A stretch of 64,000 nucleotides of DNA from Octopus vulgaris (GCA_951406725.2 OX597818.1:47368001-47432000), one strand, 5' to 3'; numbered from the stretch's first letter, positions 1-13,148 are shown. A program made the numbers and translations. The notes: generated by a model not told the origin, from the letters alone.

Positions 1-649
1 ACAAGTATAATGTGGCAAAAAAAAAAAAAAGAAATAATATTATTTCTTTTCGAAGCAGATGCCAGATAGGTTTCTTCGTTTGTTTTAACATCCTCAATGA
101 AGTGTAGCCACACTGCAATTTGTGTAAAGTAAAACAGTTTATATCTGTTGGTGTAGGAAAATAGAATTTCCTTTTAGAAATTAATTTTCAGATGATATAT
201 CCTAAGCTGTACATCTGTAACATTGACAGATGTAAATATACTTTGGTCAAGTCCACCCAATGAAAAGCAAAATTAGGAAATGAAATGTTGAGAAAAGATT
301 TATCGCTAAGATAAAATCAAATTCTAAATCACCAGTAATTAATAAAATACTGTCTCTGGTTCTCGGTGGGGTTGGTTACCAAGGTGTATAAGTGTCCAAG
401 ATCACAACATTCCCCCTTAATGGGATACTAGTCCATTGTGGAATTACTCATTTACAGCTGAGTGAGCTAGAGTAATGTGAAATGGTGTTTTGCTCAGGAA
501 CACAACATACCACATGGTCTAAGTATGAAAGCCATGATCTTGCAACTGCGCCTTCATAATTGCTAGAGTAATTAAAAATAATGCTCAAGTATTAGTACAC
601 TGACTTGTCTAATAATCAGATCTTATTTAACCTAAAATATATTTAAATT

Positions 650-733
650 AAATTTTTTTTTTAATCAGAGAATTGAACCAGAATATCCAATTAAGATATT
701 CTGGTTCAATTCTCTGATTAAAAAAAAAAATTT
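650..733. repeat. Near-perfect palindrome (about 38-bp arms, 7-nt loop)
   Basis: T10-aatcagagaattgaaccagaatatc / gatattctggttcaattctctgatt-A11. Confidence 0.92.
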
Positions 734-924
734 TTTTAACTTTTTTCTTTCAAATTAAAAACAAACTCTAGTATGTTTGCAGAGTTGACAAAGATAGCAA
801 CACAATTGAAATCTCGGGAATAGTTAAGTTTCTTTATATTGTAGAATTTGAAATTTTAATATTTGTTGCATAGGATACTTCATAGAGAAGATAATTGATA
901 CTTTTAAGATATTCTTCTAAAGTT

Positions 925-1140
925 AGGTGGTCAACTGGCAAAATCATTAGCACACCGGGCAAAATGCTTAGCAGCATTTTGTCTGTCTTTATATTCTGAG
1001 TTCAAATTCTGCTGAGGTCAACTTTGACTTTCATCCTTTTTGAGGTTGATAGAATAAGTACCAGTCAAATTCTGGGCTCAATGTAATCGACTAACCCCCT
1101 TCTCCTCAAAAACTGCTGGCCCCATGCCAAAATTTGAAAT
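925..1140 (+). mobile_element. tRNA-derived SINE family B (Meta-domain-like core)
   Basis: Head ctggcaaaatcattagca...gagttcaaatt (B box) and core gactttgcctttcatccttt..ggtcgat..ataagtacc. Other copies at about 4550-4748(-), 5068-5268(+), 31029-31500, 39570-39803(-). Confidence 0.85.
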
Positions 1141-1320
1141 CATCATATGAAGCAGGTGAAAATTTAGTTTCTATTACTACAGAAGTTGATAGAGCTAATG
1201 ATATCCCAATCTCATTCTGTACAATTCAAATACATCTATAGTTGAAGCTTTTAAAGACTTTATTTCATATTTTTTTTGCTTTCAGCAAGTTTTTTTTTCT
1301 TTTCTTTTTTATAATCTCAG

Positions 1321-2810
1321 GAAATCAGTCAGTATTTTGTGAACATTTGTCAATGGTTCGACACGACCATAACAGTCCTGGTTGAATCAGTGGTTTCAAT
1401 CTTGAAATATATACCCACCCACTGCAAATTCTATAAAGTGCTGAAGACAAAACTGTCAGTAAAAGAAATCTGAAATTTTTTTTCCCCCACTTTTCAAAAG
1501 ATTAAAACATTCCTATACTATGTTTAGAATTTCTCAAAGCAGCCTCATTAAACTACCATTGAGAAAGGTACAAATATTGTACCTTTTTTTTTTTTTTAAA
1601 TCCCACCCACTTTCCAATAAGTCTTAAATCTACTGATGTAAAAGCACTATTATTGGAATCATTACTTTGAGTATTCAGTAAAAAGAGTCCACCAAAAATT
1701 TATTACAAATTTCAGATTTATACCAGCAGTACTTCTAAAAATAAGTCTTAGTAATATTAACTATTATGAACTTAAACTAAGATCATGGTACTCCAAGCAT
1801 ACTTGGAACTCTAATTGTTACTTTAGTAACTAAAGAACTGTAAAATTATTTAGGTTTGAAACCTTTCTTTCAACCAAACTCTAGCAGATTTGATCTTTTA
1901 ATGAGAAAGTAATATATACTTTTGTTTTGTACTTTTGGGTAACAAAAAGTTTTATTTGAGAAATGTTAGTTGGAAAAACTTGTTTTACACGACTTAGCTG
2001 CAGCTTTGAATGTAATTATTTAAAGCTGCAGTTAATTAATGCAAATTGATTGATTGATTGGCAAGATTTTAAAAACTATTTTTTTATATTTGAATACATA
2101 AAAGCTAGAAAAGTGCAATTTCACTTCAAGGCTGCAAACATCTTAAATATATTTCAGTTGTTGAAATACTTTGAAGCTAAGATTTTTTTTTTCATCTTTG
2201 TTTGTTCAGGTGTCCTTGTGTTAACTTCAAATATATCTATATATATATATACCATGTCACAGTATTAAACTATGAACTTCCAAGGAAACTGTCTCCACTA
2301 TTAATCCTGAAATTATATTTTATTTAATTGATTTCTAATTTAACCAATCTATTATTTTCTAATTCTAAGATTCTGAATTCTTTAAACACTTAAACATTTT
2401 TTTTATACTTAGCCTTGTCTTCTATTGTTAATCTTTATTCTTTTTTTATATAATTATAAAAATACACACATTCTTTTTCTATCAATTATTGTTGTAAAAT
2501 ATTTGCTGTTTTTAAGAATTGTAACTTGATCTGTAATGAATTTTTTTTTTTTTTTAGTTCAGCTTTTTGTATATTTTGATGTAAATGATCAGTGGGGTTT
2601 GTATATTTTTAAAGATTAGAATGATTTTTTCCCCCCCTTCTATTCTTGCATTGTTCGCAATATTCTTGTCGAGCTGGAAAAATAAAGTTGTGAAGCAATT
2701 GTTTTAGTGCTTCTTTAGCCAGACATCATTTCACTTAATCACTGAAAAATACTACTCCCCTCGAATATTCCCCATAATTCATGTCTGAAGATATTCTTTG
2801 ATCAATAAAT
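1321..2810 (+). other. Probable terminal exon and 3' UTR of an unidentified convergent gene
   Basis: Long polypyrimidine tract ending ctcag at 1320; short open frames (e.g. NQSVFCEHLSMVRHDHNSPG*); U-rich and free of recognisable SINEs; AATAAA at 2681 and 2804. Confidence 0.45.
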
Positions 2811-3532
2811 CTTGTTGTCTATCAATGTCGGTTTTTGTTGTATGTGGAAGGGGTGGTTCTTTTTCCTTCCCAGTGAGGAAGGGGTGTTTATGAACTAGAC
2901 TGTATAACGTCAAAACTTAATTCTACTTGTGGAGAAGTTATACTTTCTGATAAAAAGAATGTGAATACTGTTTAGTAGTGTTCTACATAAAGCAATTTTT
3001 ACATAATCAAAACCTGAATGATGAAACTATTTAAAAATCTTTTAATTTTTTTTTCCCCCACTCAAAAGCATTTTTCTCTATTACATTCATGGTAGTTGAA
3101 AATTCAAAATAAGAAAATGAAGAATGCAATTGATGATTATGTTCGCCTTAAAGAAGAGTACAAAAACCTTCATCTTCGCAGTTATATTGGAAATATCAGT
3201 GAAATAGTAAGAAACATTGTTCTGTGAACAAGATAGACAACCAACCGTTTTTTTTTCTCTGTCCAACTTAGAACTTCCATCAACATTGTCATTTTTTTTA
3301 TTAGCAAGACTGTTGAGTTATAAAAATATTCTAGCCATGCAAACTGCAAAATTTTAAATTTACCCACCTCTATCAGCACAAGAGGAAAATGCAAATTAGT
3401 TTTTTATAAATAATATCTCAAAATATTAATAATATAGTGAAACTTCTGATAAGTATAAAAATTGCAACAGAAATTTACAATTGGATGCACTTAAGGAAAA
3501 TAGATAAACTACTTTGATTAATGAGATATAGA

Positions 3533-3538
3533 TTTATT
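3533..3538 (-). terminator. Candidate ACTL6 polyadenylation signal AATAAA (a second at 3297-3302)
   Basis: tttatt on the plus strand, about 180 nt past the stop codon. Confidence 0.45.
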
Positions 3539-3716
3539 ACATCACATGTATATATATCTAGTCGATGAATGAAAGGTGGTATAGTGATTTGAATGATGGT
3601 TATTTTAATGACATTTCTTAATAGAGGCAAAGTAACCAATCCTTGAGGTGTCATCAATATTCCTGCCACTGCTACAGATATGAGCAGAAGACTTAAAGGC
3701 AAGAGTCTGGTATGGC

Positions 3717-3797
3717 TCATGGACACTTGCGTTCCACACAGCCCTTCCCTCCTTCTTCGTACTCCTGCTTGGAAATCCACATCTGTTGAAAGGAACC
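3717..3797 (-). CDS. ACTL6: ACTL6 last coding exon (81 nt including TGA)
   Basis: ttttgcag acceptor; [26 protein letters not shown], the characteristic ARP4 C-terminus. Confidence 0.97.
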   Translation of the reverse strand, partial: GSFQQMWISKQEYEEGGKGCVERKCP

Positions 3798-6199
3798 CTG
3801 CAAAAGAGCAACACTTTGAAATCAGTTATGTTTTTATAGTCACCATTACGTCTTTTCTCTAGAATGGTTGAATCACCCTTTTTAGTGGTCAGTGTGTTTT
3901 GTAACTCTTTACTGTGCCTGTGTATCGTATGTAATACACAGGATATATTTCGATGGCATCCATGCATCGTAGATGATACACATTCCCAATTTTTTTTTTT
4001 CAACTACTAGAGTAACTTGGGACTTACAAAAAGGAAAACTTTATAGAAAATATGAAACAACTAAAAACAAACAGAAATGTTTTGGACAAACAAAGAATTT
4101 TTTTTTTAAATAAATGATCTAACACAAAAGCATATGTCCCCTACCTCTTCAAGGAACCATAAAACATTGCATGTAAAGAGTTTCTCAAGGAATGTTACGT
4201 CATTAGATTAGGAAAACTTGAAGACCCAAGAGGGCAAAAAAATTTAAAAATTAAAATCCTTCAGTGATTATCAAAACAAAAAATCTTTTTCTACATTGGT
4301 GTGTAGCATGATTGATAATCTTTTCTTCTATCTAATCGAGATGGCTATGGCAACATCATCATCCTTTGCACAAGAAAAATTGTGTCATTGTGGAAACTTA
4401 CCAAAGATCGCAAACTGTTTTACTTTGGCCATGCAGTAGGTTCTAGTCTGGTCTGCTTGGTTTCTATGGTTGGATTCCCTTCCTAACACCAACCACTTTA
4501 TAGTGGGTGCTTCTAACATGCCACCAGCCCAAGTGCTTATGTGGTATCAGGCACAAGCCCAGTAAGTTTGGGGGAGGGGTAAGTCAATTACATTGATCCA
4601 GGTGTTTAATCGGTACTTATTTTATCAATGTCCGAATGGATGAAATGCAAAGTTGACCTTGATGGAGTTTGAACCCAGTGTAAAGACAGACAAAATGTCA
4701 CCAAGCAATTGGCTCCAGTATGCATACAATTCTGCAAACTCACTGCTTAACATATTAAGAAAAGAAGATTCACAAACTGTTGGCCACTATTTCTTAACTG
4801 GTGACACTCATATTAACATCTTTTCTATGCTTGAATGGGTCAAACAGAAATTATTGAAGCAGCTTTTCTACACAGCCGAATGCCCTTCCTGTTGCCAACC
4901 GTAACTTGTTTTTAAGCAAGATAATACTTTCCTATGGTCAAATGTTTTTTTTTTAAATTTGTTTTACAGAAAACTGGAAAAACATTAATTGTACAATGGT
5001 GATGTTTATTTACAACCATAATGTCAATATGAGGGGCACAAACACATACACAGAAGCTTCTTTCAGTTTGGCAGCGAGCTGGCAGAAACATTAACATGCC
5101 GGGTGAAATGCTTAGCGGTATTTCGCCTGCTGCTACGTTCTGAGTTCAAATTCCGCAGAGGATGACTTTGCCTTCCATCCTTTCGGGGTCGATATAGTTG
5201 ACTTAATCCGTTTGTCTATCCTTGTTTGTCCCCTCTGTGTGTAGCCCCTTGTGGGCAGTAAAGAAATTAGAAATAAGAAGCTTCTTTCAGTTTGTCTATC
5301 AAATCCACTCACAAGACTTTAGTCAGCCTGGGACTATAGTAAAAGACACTTGTGCGAAGTGTTGTATTATAGGGTTAGACTCAAGACCACATGGCTTGAA
5401 CACAAGCTTTTTAACTACATAGCCACTCCTGCACTTAATTGATGGAGATAATTAATAATAGTTGTCCCTTGCAACACCATAAATCTCCTCTTCACCAGGA
5501 GCCCCAGTAATGTATGATATGATGCAAAATATGATTTTTTTTATGAATCACATGGAAAAAAAATATAGCACGAAGTCTTCCTTCCCAGTCATACCCTACC
5601 CATCCATCTATGTCAGATACAGTTTCTCAATCCACTCAATAAAAAAGATGACATCATAAGCTCATCTGCTTTCAACAATTCCCAACTTTATAAACCCAGT
5701 TTACATTAACTAGTTGTCCTTGGTTACTCCACAACATACATAATAAAAACAAAACAAAAAAAGGCAAAATTCACAAGAAACAAAGACTCTTGTCTCATTA
5801 ACCAAAATTCTAATATTCTTAACATCGCTAAAACATGCATCAAAAATAGTTTTTCCCCTACGTTGCCAAAAAATATTCCTTCGAAGTATATGTTGCCTCT
5901 AAGTAAACATCAATGAAGAACTGCTCTCATTATCTGGGACGGGATATTTCCTTCAATTATTGGCATGTTGCCACTAATTGAGCAAATCATTTCTTATTGA
6001 AATCCTTCACTATCTTTTTTATTTCCATTCTCAAACACACACACATCTTGAAGAATTGTTATTTTGAATGAGATAGCATAATGGTTAATCAATGCTTAGA
6101 ACTCCATGTAAATCCATGTATAGCCAAATTCCAATCAGGTATTAAGCATAATTTGTCATCTGATTTTCTTTCGGTACTTATATACATTAGAATAATTTA

Positions 6200-6575
6200 G
6201 AGTGTATATCTGGGAACAGAAAAAACAGGAGATTTAGCTTGTTTATTACAACATCATAAATTACATAATCTTTACATGTGTTTCATGAGTGAATACTACT
6301 CTTGTGCAGTAATTGTTATGTAGATGACTGCATAATCACAACAAGATGTCAGATCTTCAAAAGAAAATAGTAATTAAATCTATTGTTATTTACCAACCTC
6401 AGTTACTTGGAAGATCCAAGTGTTTCAATGTTATTCAATCATCTACATAATTACTGTACGACATTCAAGTATTTGCTAGTGAAATATGTGTAAAGATTAC
6501 ATAATTTATGATGTTTTATGATAATAAAAAGGCAAACTAAATCCCGTTTTATTCTGCTCTTGGAGATATAGTGCA
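6200..6575. mobile_element. Old fold-back MITE-like element
   Basis: acatcataaattacataatctttaca (about 6250) is inverted as tgtaaagattacataatttatgatgt (about 6490); further imperfect pairing on both sides. Confidence 0.65.
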
Positions 6576-7109
6576 GGTAAGAAGATGTCAAAGGGCATAT
6601 AAATAACAGGTACACAAAATGATTGCTCAGAATAAACCAAGTGCCTAAACTAACTCCAATGTTAAGTGAAGGGATGGAGGATGCATAAATAAGACTTGGC
6701 TATGGTCAAGTTGATGTTATAACATAAACTACGAACAAGTCTGTCTATATTTTGTTCTACTGTATATGTATATATCATCATTTAATGTCCATTGTCCATG
6801 CTGGCATGGGTTGGATGGTTTGACTAGGGCTGGTATGCTGAGGGGCAACATCAGATTCCAGTTTAACTTAGCATAGTTTCCACGGCTGGATGCCCTTCCT
6901 AATACCAACATACTCTGAGAGTATAATGGGTACTTTTATGTGCCAGTTGTATGACACCAGTATCTACCACAACTATGATTTCACTTGGCTTGATGGATCT
7001 TTTACTTAAAGCAGTAACACTTATACTTACAATGCTTACATTACACTAACCCCCAGTAGGAGCAACAGTTTTAACATGTTTGAATGACGGTAGGTTAAAG
7101 TGAGAACAA

Positions 7110-10100
7110 CTAATGTGACATGTCTGTTATCAAGCGATCACTGAAACCTTTTCAGGTGCTGAATACCATCACTCCTCTTTCCCATGTTCCCTCCCACGTC
7201 CCTTTCTCAGTTGGCACTGTCTGTGTAGGCACATTGAAAAGTAGGTCTAGTGAGATTGTTGAGATGCTTGAACAGAGGCATGTTGATGTATGCTGCATCC
7301 AAGAGGTAAGGTGGTGAGGAGCTTCAGCCAGATTCCTCACAGGCAAGACACATAGGTATAAAATCTTCTGGGAAGGTAACAACGACAGGGTAGGTGGTGT
7401 GGGCATACTACTTGCTAAGAAATGAATGGATAAGGTCATAGAGGTAGTCAGAGTATGCAATAGAGTGCTTAGGCTCAGGCTAGTCTTGCAGAATAGTATA
7501 GTGACAATTATCTTTGCCTATGCCCCACAAGCGAGCCTACCAAATAAACAGAAGGACCACATTTATGATATTCTTCTGCAGGCCACCTCGTGGTTGGAGA
7601 TTTCAATGGGCATGTTGGACGGCAGCCTGGTATCTTCCATGGTGTCCATGGGACTGGTCTCTGAAATGAAGAGGTAACAAGGCTACTGGAGTTCTGTGAT
7701 GCAAATAACCTATTGATCTGCAACACCAACTTCAGGAAGCCAGCCAGCCACCTGATAACCTACTAATCAAGTGACTGTGCTAGCCAGATTGATTACATTC
7801 TCACCAGACAGCAAGATGCCTGGTTGCCCTTAAATACAAAGACCCTCCCTAATAAAGAATGTACCCCGCAGCATAGACTAGACATAAGTGATTTTAGACA
7901 CCAGACCAGAAGGATGCCAAGTAGCAGACCAATCTGGAAAAGAAGGATTTGGAAGTTTAAAGACCCTTCATATGGTCAGAGATTTAGTGACATAGAGGGC
8001 ATCTGGAATTCCTGTGGGAGAGCTTGCTGAGTGCCACAGACCAAATCTGCAGCTGGTGCACAGTCCCATCAAGACGTAGAGTAATGTGGTAGTGGAATGA
8101 TGCAGAAGATAGGGCTGTTAGAGTAAAGAAATAGGCCTGGAAGAATGGGGGGTAGCAAGGAGCTGTATCATTGCCAGAAGTTAGGAGAAGCAGAAAAGAA
8201 GTTTGCCTATATTCAGCGACATGAGGACCAAAGAACTGAAGTGTTTCAGATTGCAAGATAGAGTGTGAGAGAAAATTGTGATGTCATAGGAGAGAAATGT
8301 GGTCTGCATGAATGATGGTGCACTTGTATTTAATGATTTTGCAAAGAAAGGGGTTTGGAAATGCCATTATGAAAGACTGCTGAACATGGAGAATGAATGG
8401 GAGGAGGAGAGTCTGCCAAATGTTGACCCAATTGAGGGACCAGCTACCCAAATTGACAGTACCTTGGTAGATAAAGCAATTAAGGATATCAAGACAGGGA
8501 AAGCCCCTGGCCCATCAGGAATCACTGTTGAGATGCTTAAAATATCTGGTGGTGTGGGTTATGGTCTAGTCATCCATATTGTAAATCAGATGGCTCATGA
8601 AGGAATCATACCCAATGATTGGTGTAGCAGCACCATAGTCAACTGCTACAAAGGTAAAGGTGATACCTTAGATAGAAATAATTACAGAGGTATCAAATTG
8701 TTGGATCGGATGGTGAAAGTTATGAAGAGCATCAGAGCCCAACTAATTAGGGAGAGGCTTAGATGAGATGCAGTTTGGTTTTGTGCCAGGGAGAAGCACC
8801 ACTAATGCTATATTTCTGGTAAGGCAGCTAGAGGAGAAATACCTAGCCAAAAATAAACTTATGTACTTGGCCTTCATTGACTTGGAGAAAGCCTTTGACA
8901 GGACCCCCTGATCCCTTATCTGGTGGTCAATGCAGAAACTAGGGATAGATGAGTGGTTGGTGAGAGCTGTACAGGGATGCTACCAGTAAGGTGAGGGTTG
9001 GCAATGAGTACAGCAAAGAATTCAGTGTACAAGTAGGGGTCCACCAAGGATCGGTGCCCAGTCCCCTCTTGCTCATGATAGTCATTAACCAAGCAAAAAC
9101 CAAAGTGGTAGTAAATAGGAAGACAGACAAATCACAAATCCCTTCAGGTAGATGGCCCTGCTCAATCTGTAGAAAAGGCATAGGAAGAGACTCCATAAGA
9201 TGCACCAGTGTAAGCTTTGGACACATAAAAGGTACAGTAATATCAGAGGAAGGTTAACAGGGAAACTAGCTTTTGTATGTGGAAGATGCACAGGTATAAT
9301 GAATGCTGAAAATGTGCAGAAAATAGACTCCACCAACTGCCAGGGGTCACAAACTAGAGGTAGTAGACAGCTTCCGTTATCTAGGTGACCAAGTTAGTAG
9401 CACAGGTGAATGGTCTGAGAGTATAGCTGTGAGAATAAGATTAAGCTGGGCAAAGTTCAGAGAGCTCCTATCTCTGCTGGCAACAAAGGGTCACTCCCTC
9501 AGAGTGAAAGGTGCCTGTGTGCGAACAGCTATGCTACATGGTAGTGAAACATGTGTTGCAACAGCCAAGGACATTTGTAGATTTGAAAGAAATGAAGCCA
9601 GTATGCTTTGCTGGATGTGCAATATCAGCGTGCATGTTCGACAGAGTGTAAGCATCCTGAAAGAAAAGTTGGGCATAAGAGGCATCTGATGTGGTGTGCA
9701 AGAGAGGCAGCAGCACTGGTATAGTCATATGAATCATATGGATGAGGACAGCTGTGTGAAGAAGCACTCTAATGGTGGAGGGAACCTGTGGTAGAAGTAG
9801 ACCCAGGAAGACATGGGACAAGGTGGTGAAACATGATCTTTGAACTTTGAGCCTCACAGAGGCAATGACTAGTGACTGAGACCTTTGACGATATGCTGCA
9901 CTTGAGAAGACCCATCAAGCCAAGTGAAATCATAATCGTGGTTGATGCTGGTGTCATGTAACTGGGACCTGTGCCAGTGGCATGTAAAGAACACCTTTTG
10001 AGCACTGGGCCTAACAGAAGCAAAGTGACTGATTTCCTTTCAAATGTTGAACCCTATGGAGGCAATAACTGAGACCTTTAGCATTATGTCGTGCCTGAGA

Positions 10101-10352
10101 AGAAACCCTATCAAGTCAAGTAAAATTGCAGCCATGGCAGATACCGGTGTCACGCAAATGGCACCTGTGTCAATAGCATGTAAAAGCACCCATTACACTC
10201 TCGGGGTGGTTGGCATTAGGAAGGGCATCCAGCTGTAGAAAACCATGCCAAATCAGACTGGATCTTGGTGCAGCCTTCCAGCTTGCCAGCCCCAGTCAAA
10301 CCAGCCAACTCGTGCCAGTATGGACAATGGACGTTAAATGATGTTCATGATG
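7110..10352 (+). mobile_element. Decayed near-full-length RTE-clade LINE (APE endonuclease, RT, PHD-like finger, 3' UTR, (GAT)n tail)
   Basis: Fragments VDVCCIQEVRW, IIFAYAPQ, GKAPGPSGITVEMLK, NNYRGIKLLD, VGVHQGSVPSPLL, AMLHGSETC; many stops and frameshifts; YADD region deleted near 9085. Confidence 0.93.
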
Positions 10353-10512
10353 ATATATATTTATATATATATATCCTCTTCGTACTTCACTGCTATAACA
10401 TTTTGCTATCCAAGACAAATAAAGCACACCACTTTTATTTAAAAAAATTTAATATTATTTCAAGTCCTTCCTGAACAGAGCTGATTCTCAAAACCCTATT
10501 CCTGTCTGTTTT

Positions 10513-10925
10513 CATCATCATCATTTAGCATCCGCTTTCCATGCTAGCATGGGTTGGACGGTTCAACTGGGGTCTGTGAAGCCAGAAGGCTGCATCAGGC
10601 CCAGTCTGATCTGGCAGTGTTTCTACGGCTGGATGCCCTTCCTAACGCCAACCACTCAGTGAGTGTAGTGGGTGCTTTTTATGTGCCATCCGCACAGGTG
10701 CCAGACAGAGCTGGCAAACGGCCACGATTGGATGGTGCTTTTTATGTGCCACCGGCACGGGGGCCAGGCGAGGCTGGTAACAGCCACGAACGGATGGAGC
10801 TTTTACGTGCCACCGGCACGGGGGCCAGGCAAGGCTGGCAACAGCCACGAACGGATGGAGCTTTTACGTGCCACCGGCACGGGGGCCAGGCGTGACTGGC
10901 AGCGGCCACGAACGGAAGGTGCTTC
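10513..10925 (-). mobile_element. RTE-tail element (family A; RTE 3' UTR-derived, internal tandem repeats, (GAT)n tail)
   Basis: Same sequence as LINE end 10140-10352. About 30 copies, e.g. 6775-7010, 14328-14562, 17741-18005, 23595-23886, 27378-27756, 33998-34285, 38130-38625, 43060-43270, 47120-47452, 47772-48006, 54853-55000, 61641-61907, 63893-64000. Confidence 0.9.
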
Positions 10926-11107
10926 AATTTAACTTGAACCTTCTAAAGCAGACCCTAGACCAATCAGTGATGTTATTCTTTCTCAGACATAAGGGCCACA
11001 TCTTAAAATCACTGAAATATTCTTTTGTTTTACCTATAACATTAAAGTATCCATAAAATACATATAAAGACAATGTAAAAATGAAAGATAACATCTAAAT
11101 TACATAC

Positions 11108-11194
11108 CAGAGAGGCAAGAATTGATCCACCAATCCAACTGCTAAACCGTCTTTCAACAGTTCCTGTTGCAGCTATTATTTTTAATCTCATGCT
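11108..11194 (-). CDS. ACTL6: ACTL6 penultimate exon (87 nt)
   Basis: ttacag/gtatgt; [29 protein letters not shown] with the actin signature [10 protein letters not shown]. Confidence 0.97.
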
Positions 11195-11406
11195 CTGTAA
11201 AATAGAAACAACAAAAATGTTTTCTCAGTAATTATAAGGGAAAAACAACAAAACTAACAAAATGTCAAATTACAGTCACTTCTGAAAAGACACAAGAGTG
11301 TAACTGGTGAAAATGATAATTTGGTGCAGTAAAGAGAGAGAGAGAGAGGATAACAAAAGTACAGTAGTTAAAGGAGTTATTAATAGAATTCTAATTATAT
11401 TAATAA

Positions 11407-11821
11407 GGTGAACGAACTGGCAGAACTGTTAGCACGCTAGGCAAAATGCCAAGCGGTATTTCGTCTGCTGCTACGTTCTGAGTTCAAATTCCGCCGAGGT
11501 CGACTTTGCCTTTCATCCTTTCAGGGTCGATTAAATAAGTACCAGTTACACACTGGTGGTCAATATAATCGACTTAATCCATTTGTCTGTCCGTGTTTGT
11601 CCTCTGCATTTAGCCCCTTGTGGGTAGTAAAGAAATAGGTATTTCATCTGTCTTTACATTCTGAGTTCAAATTCCGCCAATGTTGACTTTGCCTTTCATC
11701 CTTTCAGGGTCGATTAAATAAGTACCAGTTACGCACTGGGGTCAATGTAATCGACGTAATCCATTTGTCTGTCCTTGTTTGTCCCCTCTATGTTTAGCCC
11801 CTTGTGGGCAATAAAGAAATA
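11407..11821 (+). mobile_element. Dimeric family-B SINE with target-site duplication
   Basis: Body repeated head-to-tail at junction aaagaaata|ggtattt; flanked by direct repeat agaattctaattatattaa. Confidence 0.88.
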
Positions 11822-11944
11822 AGAATTCTAATTATATTAAACAATAATGATTTCTCACATTATATGGTCACGGATTTTGTAGGAAATTACTTTGACTGAA
11901 TCAATCTGAAGATAAAGTTAGCATGGCAAGAGACTGTAAAGTAT

Positions 11945-12335
11945 CTTTTACTGGTTTCAGTTATTAGACTGGCCATGCAGGAGCAATGCTTCGAATTTTC
12001 AGTTGAATGAATCAATGCCAATATGTTTTGTCTTTTTTTTTAAGGCCGGTACTTTATTCAATTGGTCTCTTCTGCCAAACCTCTGGGGATGTAAACACAC
12101 CAACACTGGTCACCAAGTGGTGATGGGGGATGAACACTGACAGACGCACGCATGCACGCACACACACACATACGATGGGCTTCTTTTAGTTTCCATCTAC
12201 CAAAATCCATTCACAAAGTTTTGGCCGGCCCGAGGCTACAGTAGACGACACCTGCCCAAGATGCCACACAGTAGGACTGAACCTGGAACCATGTAGTTGG
12301 GAAGCAAGTTTCATACCATACAGCCGTGTCTGCAC
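11945..12335 (-). mobile_element. tRNA-derived SINE family C (CORE-like ccttgggcaagt, central TA/CA microsatellite)
   Basis: Shared blocks gatttggtagacggaaactgaaagaagccc and cagtcaaatgactgaaaca. Copies at about 25155-25492(+), 39928-40353(-), 43455-43832(-), 44582-44986(+), 51800-52203(-), 57033-57403(-), 60320-60783(-). Confidence 0.85.
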
Positions 12336-12819
12336 CTTGAATAAGCAATAATAACTTCTTACATTATATGGTCAAATATTTTGTAAGAAATTACTTTGAC
12401 TGAATCAACCTGGAGATAAAGTTAGCTTAGCAAGAGATTAAAGCATGGCTAGCAGGCTTTTATCTATGCCTGACCTTCACTGTTTTAAGATCTGTTTTTC
12501 AATGCTTACACAGGTTGAGAGAGGTGTCCATCTTTTACCGGTTTCATTCATTGGACTGCAACCATGCTGAGGGCATTGCCTTGAAGGGATTTAGTCAAAC
12601 AATTCAAACCCAGGACTTGTTTTTTTAAGTCTAGTACTTATTCTGTCGGTCACTTTTGTTGAACCACTAATCTGGGGACATAAACAAACCAACACTGGTT
12701 GTCAATTGATGGGGAGGGTACAAACACAATCATCATTTAACATTCGGGTTCCATGCTGGCATGGGTTAGATGGTTTTGACATGATCTGATGAGTCATCCA
12801 CAGTTGGATACCCTTCTAA

Positions 12820-13148
12820 TTTATAGTGAAACTGTACATGCCTCCTGGTAAAAAGTGGGAGTGGCCAGCCATTATAAATAGACCAGTAGCCAGTCAAGAG
12901 AAGGTCAGAAGATTGAAGGTTGGGAGTATGAGAAAACTGTGTTGACAGTCGTGTCTGTGCTGATACAGTAATTATACTGTGATACTGAGTGGCCGTTATA
13001 ACAATCCAACCTTTGAAGATAATAACACTGTATTACAGAGCCAGATAGAAGCATTCTATCAACGACTTTAGAATATAACAATATCTGTCAGAGTGACAAC
13101 TGTCATCAAAAGACAGATACAACAGTGGCAAAAGACCGCCTTAGAACA
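12820..13148 (+). repeat. 5' LTR
   Basis: Aligns over its length with 16009-16345; ends in CA. Confidence 0.9.

Noticed and set aside
3475-4003. Overlapping 101-aa and 132-aa ORFs
   Set aside because: Alternative frames over the true last ACTL6 exon, its intron and UTR
7110-10352. Active or domesticated RT gene
   Set aside because: Many stops and frameshifts, and loss of the catalytic YADD region
10554-10932. Recurrent ORFs such as LQLDALPNANHS or WMPFLTPT suggesting a gene family
   Set aside because: Translations of the non-coding family-A repeat in varying frames
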